Source: Verrucomicrobiota bacterium (GTDB lineage Bacteria > Verrucomicrobiota > Verrucomicrobiia > Opitutales > Puniceicoccaceae). From it: 24,000 nucleotides of DNA. Of this stretch, positions 9,564 through 15,705 are shown piece by piece (within the stretch, counting starts at the first letter, position 1; each line of letters begins with the position of its first letter). Both the position numbers and the translations under genes were made by a program. Below the pieces are notes generated by a model, which was not told where the DNA came from, did no database searches, and worked only from the letters and a program-made list of their open reading frames with translations. The stretch is from assembly GCA_038744685.1 (NCBI GenBank), contig JBCDMB010000006.1:8176-32175 (forward strand), written 5' to 3'.

Positions 9564-10583
9564 CTACGCTTCTGCGGTTCTTGGCCAGTGGAACCACAGG
9601 CGAAAGACTTCACCCTCTACAATAGACCCTGCATAGCCGCTGGAGATCAACTCCTCCGTGGTCTCGATGCCGTAAGCATGAGAAACCGATTCCGCAAGGG
9701 AAGCCAGCCCAACTCCAGAACCTGATCCGACACCGTATTCGAAAACGCGTCCACTCGTGTTTCCTAAATCCGATGCCTTTTTCTTTGAGATAGGGTTCGA
9801 GAACATCCAGATCAAGTCCGAGCCGTCTTCAGATTCGACTACCTGAATAGCCAAAAGCTTCCCTTCGCCATGGTGGATCGCATTGTTGACAAGGTGGTAG
9901 AAAACGCGGTCGACCTCTGCGAATTCTATACAACGTTCGGCAACCGCACCCGTAAACGAAGTTTTAAAGGCAACTTCCATTTCGGCGTCAAATGCGCGGT
10001 AGACCGTTTTCTGCCACTTCTGCAGCAGTAAGTCTACCGAGTGGAGTTTTTCTAACTCATCTTTGTCGCGTCCAACGGGATCGAGATCGATGATCAAGGA
10101 GCGCATGATCTTCCGTTGATCCCGCGCCAGATAAAAAAGAGTCTGGAAATACTCCGGCTCTACTCCGGCAGAACCCACAAGAAAAAGAATCCCGTATAAG
10201 GATGCGAACGGACCATCCGCAAGTTCGCGGAACAAAGTCGTAAGCTTGGTATCCTGAGTCTCGCGCGCAGCCTGTTCATACTTTTCCAGCTCGCCACCCG
10301 CGACTAGGATCGGGCAGTTGACAGCAAATTTTTTTAAAGCCGATGCGGCCAAGGAATTTTCTTCCTCCGAAGCGTCCCTTTTAGCAGTGAGTTCCATCAA
10401 CTCCCCTACCGATTGATAAATCGTCCGTATTGTCTCTTGCTCGTCTTCTCCGAAGTCGCGATCAAGGCGCCCATAGAATGCACCGCCCTTGTAGCGTTCG
10501 TGCAGTCGAGCGGGCAGTCTCGCTGGAACTAGTTTACGAATTGACTCCTCCGAGAGGAAGAGCGTGTCGGGATTTTTACTCAT
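9564..10583 (-). CDS. Soluble histidine-kinase-like protein (HisKA_3-like DHp plus GHKL ATPase fold) with the phospho-acceptor His apparently replaced
   Basis: 339 aa, no TM segments. LFRELADGPFASLYGI aligns by eye to the HisKA_3 H-box (I-A-R-E-L-H-D-G-x-x-Q-S-L), with Ala122 at the His position. The second helix ends IMRSLIIDLDP (compare ..R.li.dLRP). N-box-like HLVNNAIHHG and G2-like GSGSGVGLASL. No clear DxGxG G1 box (FSNPISKKK instead). The N-terminal ~110 aa are unassigned. Confidence 0.6.
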   Translation of the reverse strand: MSKNPDTLFLSEESIRKLVPARLPARLHERYKGGAFYGRLDRDFGEDEQETIRTIYQSVGELMELTAKRDASEEENSLAASALKKFAVNCPILVAGGELEKYEQAARETQDTKLTTLFRELADGPFASLYGILFLVGSAGVEPEYFQTLFYLARDQRKIMRSLIIDLDPVGRDKDELEKLHSVDLLLQKWQKTVYRAFDAEMEVAFKTSFTGAVAERCIEFAEVDRVFYHLVNNAIHHGEGKLLAIQVVESEDGSDLIWMFSNPISKKKASDLGNTSGRVFEYGVGSGSGVGLASLAESVSHAYGIETTEELISSGYAGSIVEGEVFRLWFHWPRTAEA

Positions 10584-10702
10584 CTAGGAAAGAGCTACTT
10601 TCTTTTCGAAAGAGATGCAACCCGAACCCTCTACCGTAAGGGCACGCTTGGTTGATTCAAAAAACCATTGCTTCTCTACCTAGACGCCAAACACTCAATC
10701 CG

Positions 10703-11335
10703 ATGAGTTTAACCGATAGTGGTTCATTCCCAGAGCGGATGAGCAAAGACCTGCTCCGTGAGTTGCCAATCGTCCACTTTCAGGGTCCCATCCAATTGAT
10801 TCGCGAAGACTCTCAGGTAGCACCCGCGGTTGAGGCATTACGACTATCGAAAAGACTTGGGTTTGATACTGAAAGTAAACCAACTTTTCGTCGGGAAGAC
10901 GAAGTCCGGCCTCCGGCACTCCTTCAACTTTTTGATGGATGCACAGCGTGGCTCTTTCAACTTCGTCAGATTACTGATCACAGGCCTGTCTTCGCGCTTC
11001 TTACCGATCCAAACATCCAAAAGGTAGGGGTGGCTCCACATGACGACATCAAGGGACTCAATCGGATTGCGGAGTTCGAAGCCGCAGGGTTTATCGATTT
11101 GAGCGTCGTTGCCAGTCAACGTGGGATTATCACCACCGGACTCCGTAATCTAGCGGGAATATTCCTCGATGGGCGCATTTCGAAAGCAGCGCAAGTGACC
11201 AATTGGGAGCAGAATCCACTAACGAAGAAACAGATTCTCTATGCTGCTACCGATGCCTGGGTTTCCCTCCGCGTTTATGAGGAGCTGGTGAATCGCGAGG
11301 GGAATGCTATCCCGGAAGCTCCTCTTGCACAGTAG
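10703..11335 (+). CDS. 3'-5' exonuclease domain protein (DEDDy, RNase D/WRN-exonuclease-like)
   Basis: ExoI GFDTESKP (DxE), ExoII KVGVAPHDDIKGL and ExoIII YAATDAWVSLRVY (Yx3D). The ORF track opens at TTG 10652, but the first ATG is 10703 (MSLTDSG...), so the start is uncertain. Confidence 0.8.
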   Translation: MSLTDSGSFPERMSKDLLRELPIVHFQGPIQLIREDSQVAPAVEALRLSKRLGFDTESKPTFRREDEVRPPALLQLFDGCTAWLFQLRQITDHRPVFALLTDPNIQKVGVAPHDDIKGLNRIAEFEAAGFIDLSVVASQRGIITTGLRNLAGIFLDGRISKAAQVTNWEQNPLTKKQILYAATDAWVSLRVYEELVNREGNAIPEAPLAQ

Positions 11336-11354
11336 TATTTAGTCTGCTCTTTCT

Positions 11355-12209
11355 ATGCCTGATCCGATTTATCGCGCTGCCACGAGAGACGAGCTCAACA
11401 TCGGGGTGGAGTGGGCACGAAAGGAAAATTGGAACCCAGGCTACAAGGACGCTGACGGTTATTGGGCTACAGATCCCTCTGGTTTTGTTTGCATGGAGAT
11501 TTCCCACGAGGTTGTAGGATTCGGTTCCGTCGTCTCCTTTGGAGGGAAATTCGGGTTCATGGGATTCTACATTGTTCGCCCCGATTACCGCGGAAGAGGA
11601 CTCGGGGGTCCTTTTTGGCGCTGGCGCAAAGCTCGCCTGATGGCCCGTCTGGATCCCGGAGCGACCATCGGTATGGACGGGGTTCCCGCTATGGAATCAT
11701 TTTACGGCCGCGGTGGATTCGTAACCAATCACTACAATGTTCGAATGTCTGGAAAAGCCGCCTCTGCGACCCCCAATCCGAACATAAAGGATCTAGCTCT
11801 GATCTCTTGGGATGAGATTCTTAAATTAGATCAACAGGGTTTCAGCACCAACCGTGAGACTTTGCTTCGTTATTGGATCGATCTGCCTGAGAGCTTCTCC
11901 TTTGGGTATCAGTCCGAAGGAAAACTAGAGGGATTCGGAGTGATCAGGCCCGCTAGCGATGGCTTTCGCATCGGTCCTCTGTTCGCGGAAACAGCGAATA
12001 TCGCTGAAAAGCTCCTTTTGTCTCTATGCGGAGCGGTCTCCGGAGAAAGGGTTTACGTGGACATGCCAGACATCAATCCGGAAGCGATTCCTATGGCAAA
12101 AAGACTAGGCATGAATGAAGTCTCCCGTTGCGCCAGGATGTACGCCGGTCCTCCACCAGACATTCCCTATGATAAAACCTTTGCGGTTGCCTCTTTGGAG
12201 CTCGGATAG
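11355..12209 (+). CDS. GNAT family N-acetyltransferase, two-domain (N-terminal GNAT plus YitH-like C-terminal domain)
   Basis: 284 aa. Acetyl-CoA binding motif A VRPDYRGRGLGGPFW (R/Q-x-x-G-x-G/A). Length and second half are consistent with the two-domain GNAT architecture. Substrate unknown. Confidence 0.78.
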   Translation: MPDPIYRAATRDELNIGVEWARKENWNPGYKDADGYWATDPSGFVCMEISHEVVGFGSVVSFGGKFGFMGFYIVRPDYRGRGLGGPFWRWRKARLMARLDPGATIGMDGVPAMESFYGRGGFVTNHYNVRMSGKAASATPNPNIKDLALISWDEILKLDQQGFSTNRETLLRYWIDLPESFSFGYQSEGKLEGFGVIRPASDGFRIGPLFAETANIAEKLLLSLCGAVSGERVYVDMPDINPEAIPMAKRLGMNEVSRCARMYAGPPPDIPYDKTFAVASLELG

Positions 12210-12367
12210 CGCCTGTTCCGCGACCCAGCACATTGCTTCTTCGCATTGGAGGCTACCGCGGTCCAATTTGCGGGAAATGACAGTAACACCGAGGGAAACC
12301 GATGAACCTACCCCTACTGACAATCAGGTTCGCGGAGCATACCCCTGAGGCGTTTTACAGTGATTCT

Positions 12368-12610
12368 CTACCTTCTTGAGGAGCGCCACTTGTCGCGGTG
12401 TTTCCGAATCCAATCGAGGAGGGCTTTTTCAAAACCAATATCTTTCCCGCTCTTTTCGGACTCGATCCATTTGTGACGAAGAATCTCTTCCCGCTCCGCG
12501 AGGAATTCTTTGTAGAGGCTAGATTGGCCAGCGAAATCCACTGATGGTTTCTTTTTTGAAGACTTTTTCGGCGTCGGCATTCCCAACTGTTCAGAAGAAA
12601 GTCTAATCAT
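12368..12610 (-). CDS. Small conserved-looking basic protein of unknown function, translationally coupled to mrp
   Basis: About 80 aa from ATG 12610 (a GTG alternative lies at 12619). Lys-rich N-terminus (PTPKKSSKKKPS), then a helical segment EILRHKWIESEKSGKDIGFEKALLDWIRKHRDKW that looks like a conserved domain, though I cannot name the family with confidence. The ATG overlaps the mrp stop (ATGATTAG on the minus strand, 12610-12603). Confidence 0.55.
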   Translation of the reverse strand: MIRLSSEQLGMPTPKKSSKKKPSVDFAGQSSLYKEFLAEREEILRHKWIESEKSGKDIGFEKALLDWIRKHRDKWRSSRR

Positions 12611-13694
12611 TGCCAGCACGACTTGTCAATTTGAACCGATCCCAGATCGTCCGGGCCATTTCATAGAAAACCAATGAACACGCTAGGTCGGGATCACTGA
12701 CAACTATCGGTACTCCGTGGTCACAACCCTCGCGGATCCTCGGATCCAACGGCACCTGACCGAGAAAATTGGTTTCAAGGTGTTTCGCAGTTCGCTCTCC
12801 TCCCCCTTTCCCAAAAAGATACTGTCTTTCTCCCGATTTTTCGTCGAGTAAATAGCTCATATTTTCAGCAACGCCAATCAAGGGAACACTCACCTTTTCA
12901 AACATCATCGCCCCTCTTCTAGCGACGGTCACAGCTGCCAGCTGAGGCGTCGTGACGACGACTGCACCCTCCAGGGGAACAGTCTGCACGAGGGAGAGCT
13001 GGGCATCCCCTGTTCCCGGTGGTAAGTCCACAAACAACACTTCCAACTCACCCCAGTCTACATTACTCGCGAATTGCTGAATGGTCTTCATTACCATCGG
13101 TCCGCGCCAGATCACTGGAATATCCTCCTCTACCAAGAAACCCATCGACATGACTCGCACACCGAAATTCTCGAGAGGTTGGATCAAACCATTTTCTACT
13201 TCCGGCCTTTGGTTCAATCCGATCATCAAGGGGATGGAAGGCCCATAAATATCGCAATCCATGATCCCTACCGATGAGGGCTTTCCCTCTTCCCGCAGAA
13301 TGCGATCCATCGCGCAGGCAAGGTTGGTCGTAAAGGTGGATTTACCGACCCCTCCCTTACCGCTAGCCACCGCGATCGCGATACGCACTTTCTGCATTGC
13401 GCTTCCTGCCTCTTCCTCCTGAGAGGTCTCCTCGGAACCAGCCTTGGATTTAACAGCAACGGTAACCTTTGCCTCCGAGACTCCTTCGATCGCATCGACA
13501 GCATTTTCGACATCGGCCTTCAGCTTGGGAGCGACCGCCGGATCTGAACTCGTCAACGCGAGGGAAACCAGAACTACACTCCCTTCAACTGCGATATTCT
13601 TAACGATTCCAAAGGAAACGATGTCTCTGGTGAAACCCGGATAGGGAACCTTGGCCAAGGCCTCCCGAACGACTTCTTCATTGATTTCCGACAC
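12603..13694 (-). CDS. mrp: Mrp/NBP35/ApbC-family P-loop ATPase with N-terminal DUF59 (MIP18-like) domain, lacking the CxxC motif
   Basis: 363 aa, GTG start. DUF59-like N-terminus (VREALAKVPYPGFTRDIVSFGIVKNI). Deviant Walker A ASGKGGVGKST, DCDIYGPS, DLPPGTGD, and ENMSY followed by LLDEKSGERQYLFGKGGG where family members carry C-x-x-C. Confidence 0.88.
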   Translation of the reverse strand: MSEINEEVVREALAKVPYPGFTRDIVSFGIVKNIAVEGSVVLVSLALTSSDPAVAPKLKADVENAVDAIEGVSEAKVTVAVKSKAGSEETSQEEEAGSAMQKVRIAIAVASGKGGVGKSTFTTNLACAMDRILREEGKPSSVGIMDCDIYGPSIPLMIGLNQRPEVENGLIQPLENFGVRVMSMGFLVEEDIPVIWRGPMVMKTIQQFASNVDWGELEVLFVDLPPGTGDAQLSLVQTVPLEGAVVVTTPQLAAVTVARRGAMMFEKVSVPLIGVAENMSYLLDEKSGERQYLFGKGGGERTAKHLETNFLGQVPLDPRIREGCDHGVPIVVSDPDLACSLVFYEMARTIWDRFKLTSRAGND

Positions 13695-13771
13695 GTTCGA
13701 TCAGGAAAAGAAACCCCGGTAAGTTTGGCAAAGGGATTCGGATGAAAACTACGGACCAGTCTTTCACCAAA

Positions 13772-13864
13772 GGTAGGGCGCTGGCTCCGGCAAGCCGCGC
13801 TGGTTGAAGTAGAAACGGGGATCTACTTTCAAAATGCCCGGCTTGCCGGAGCCTGCGCCCTACC
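13772..13864. repeat. 93-nt near-perfect palindromic (REP-like) element with nested inner hairpin in the obg-mrp intergenic region
   Basis: The left arm 13772-13800 (GGTAGGGCGCTGGCTCCGGCAAGCCGCGC) is the reverse complement of the right arm 13836-13864 (GCCCGGCTTGCCGGAGCCTGCGCCCTACC), with 2 mismatches in 29 bp. The central loop carries a second hairpin, AAGTAGA-aacgggga-TCTACTT. No second copy was noticed elsewhere in the window. Confidence 0.7.
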
Positions 13865-13875
13865 CCATCAAAAAC

Positions 13876-14868
13876 TTACACCCCACACGCCTCATAAAGA
13901 GCCTCCAAAAGGGGTTCCAGCCCTTCCCCTAGTTCCGCACAAATTGGGAAAACCGGAAGATCCACTGCCTCTTTCAGCCTTTCTACGTTTTCAGTGGCCG
14001 CAGGTAAGTCCATCTTATTTGCCGCAACCATCATTGGTTTTGCCACCATGTCCTTACGGTACAGTTCAAGCTCTTTCTGCAACACCTGAAAATCCTCCAA
14101 TGGATCACGACCATCAGAGCCTCCGCTATCCAGAACCACCAACAATATCCGGCAGCGCTCCACATGGCGCAAAAATCGATGCCCCAATCCGCGATTGTCC
14201 GCCGCCCCCTCGATTAGACCCGGGATATCGGCTATCGTAATTTTCTGGAACCCAAAGTTCTCGTTTTCCTCCGTCATACCGACCGAAGGATCCACCGTGG
14301 TAAAGGGATACGGAGCACTTTTCGGCGAGGCGTTGGTCAGACGGGAGAGAAGCGTCGATTTCCCAGCATTGGGAAAGCCGATCAATCCCACATCTGCTAT
14401 GGTTTTCAGGGAAAAAACAAAGTCGCCAGCCTGTCCCGGTTTCCCCTCAGTAAATTCACGGGGAGCCTGATTGGTAGCGGTCTTGAAATGAATATTTCCC
14501 AAACCACCCTTACCGCCCCGCAGCAGAGTCACCTCGACTCCATCCTCCAGTAGCTCGCAGACCGTCTTGCCTCGCTCGTTGACTACCTCGGTTCCGATCG
14601 GAACGATTAGGACGACACTCTCACCGTTCTTCCCGTTTTTCTGACTTCCTTTTCCGCTCTCTCCGCTCTTGGCCTTCCACTGAGGCCGGAATCGATAAGT
14701 CCGCAAGTCACTCACGTTTCGATCAGAACGCAGAATCAAATCACCACCATTCCCTCCGTCGCCTCCGTCCGGACCGCCCTTCGGCACATACTTCGCCCGA
14801 CGAAAGCTCGCGCAGCCGTGACCGCCGTTTCCTGCACGGAGACTCACTCTGATTTGATCGTAAAACAT
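13876..14868 (-). CDS. obgE: GTPase Obg/CgtA
   Basis: Obg fold Gly-rich N-domain (GGNGGHG, GGPDGGDGGNGG, GGKGGLGN). G-domain G1 GFPNAGKSTLL, G3 DIPGLIEG and G4 NKMD. The ORF track begins at TTG 14901, but the canonical Obg N-terminus MFYDQIRV.. begins at ATG 14868. Confidence 0.93.
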   Translation of the reverse strand: MFYDQIRVSLRAGNGGHGCASFRRAKYVPKGGPDGGDGGNGGDLILRSDRNVSDLRTYRFRPQWKAKSGESGKGSQKNGKNGESVVLIVPIGTEVVNERGKTVCELLEDGVEVTLLRGGKGGLGNIHFKTATNQAPREFTEGKPGQAGDFVFSLKTIADVGLIGFPNAGKSTLLSRLTNASPKSAPYPFTTVDPSVGMTEENENFGFQKITIADIPGLIEGAADNRGLGHRFLRHVERCRILLVVLDSGGSDGRDPLEDFQVLQKELELYRKDMVAKPMMVAANKMDLPAATENVERLKEAVDLPVFPICAELGEGLEPLLEALYEACGV

Positions 14869-14881
14869 GGAAGCCGAAAGT

Positions 14882-14910
14882 TTGACGGTTTCGATGAGCA
14901 ATTCTACCCT
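14882..14910 (+). promoter_or_regulatory. Candidate promoter giving a leaderless or near-leaderless nitroreductase transcript
   Basis: TTGACG (14882-14887), 17-nt spacer, TACCCT (14905-14910), only 8 nt before ATG 14919. No Shine-Dalgarno sequence in between. Motif match only. Confidence 0.25.
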
Positions 14911-14918
14911 AATCTTCT

Positions 14919-15521
14919 ATGGATACATTCACTGCAATCGAGAGCCGCCGCGCCATCAAACACTTCGACCCGGAACACCACATGCCCGAGGCGGATGAGA
15001 AGCGTCTACTAGAGCTAACTCTACAGTCTCCCACTGCTTTCAACATCCAGCACTGGAGATTTGTCCTAGCGAAAGACCCGGAGCTACGAAAACAGATTCG
15101 AGCAGTGGCATGGGATCAGGCTCAAGTGACAGACGCATCCCTGTTGATCATCATTTGCGGCAATGTCAACGGGTGGAAGGAGGACCCAAACCAGTATTGG
15201 GTGAATGCCCCACAGGAAGTGCAGGACTTTTTGGTTCCCGCGATTGGGCAATACTATGAAGGCCGCGAAGACGTCCAGAGAGACGAGATTATGCGGTCAG
15301 CCGGCATTGCCGGACAGACTCTCATGCTCGCTGCGAAAGCGATGGGCTACGACAGCTGTCCAATGGACGGATTTGATTTTGAGGCGGTCGGAAAGTTGAT
15401 CGGCCTCCCGGAAGGTCACCAGATCGCCTTTATGGTCGCTGTTGGAAAAGGCACTAAGGACGCGTGGCCAAAGCCAGGGCAACTCCCGTATGACGAGGTC
15501 GTGTTGGACAACGGGTTCTGA
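14919..15521 (+). CDS. Nitroreductase family (FMN-dependent NAD(P)H oxidoreductase) protein
   Basis: 200 aa. N-terminal RRAIKHF, SPTAFNIQHWRF and central/C-terminal GYDSCPMDGFD. Typical of the NfsB/FRase I-like fold. Confidence 0.85.
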   Translation: MDTFTAIESRRAIKHFDPEHHMPEADEKRLLELTLQSPTAFNIQHWRFVLAKDPELRKQIRAVAWDQAQVTDASLLIIICGNVNGWKEDPNQYWVNAPQEVQDFLVPAIGQYYEGREDVQRDEIMRSAGIAGQTLMLAAKAMGYDSCPMDGFDFEAVGKLIGLPEGHQIAFMVAVGKGTKDAWPKPGQLPYDEVVLDNGF

Positions 15522-15705
15522 TTTGTCAGTCCAAGTCCCCGGTTCGCAGAACCGAGGCCACAGAGCCCTCGATCTCTGTAGTCAACGGTTTCTCCCCATA
15601 GCCTCGAAACTCTGTTTCGGGGAGAGTATTGGTACCTAAAAAGTCCCCCGAGATTTTTTACTCAGGCCTGTAAGAACAAGGGTGACTACCCAAGACCTTA
15701 ACCAG

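Noticed and set aside
12105-12348. 72-aa (minus) and 77-aa (plus) ORFs spanning the 158-nt convergent gap between the GNAT and the small mrp-linked ORF
   Set aside because: Both overlap the well-supported GNAT 3' end and have low-complexity, motif-free translations. I also found no convincing hairpin, tRNA-like fold or known sRNA motif in 12210-12367, so the gap is left unannotated.
14869-14901. TTG-extended N-termini in the ORF track: obg at 14901, the NHL protein at 17766, the exonuclease at 10652 and bcsC at 7287
   Set aside because: In each case an ATG lies a few codons downstream. It gives the family-typical N-terminus (Obg MFYDQIRV) or a cleaner signal peptide. The extensions probably arise because the ORF finder takes the most upstream alternative start codon.
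15540-15625. Hairpins in the convergent gap after the nitroreductase: CGGTTC-gca-GAACCG (15540-15554), and TCTCCCC...GAAAC-tct-GTTTC-GGGGAGA (15591-15625)
   Set aside because: The stems are real, but neither is followed by a U-run on either strand, so they are not canonical intrinsic terminators. The first superficially resembles a tRNA T-arm but has a 3-nt loop and no surrounding cloverleaf. Possibly Rho-independent-like pause or stability structures. The support is too weak to annotate.
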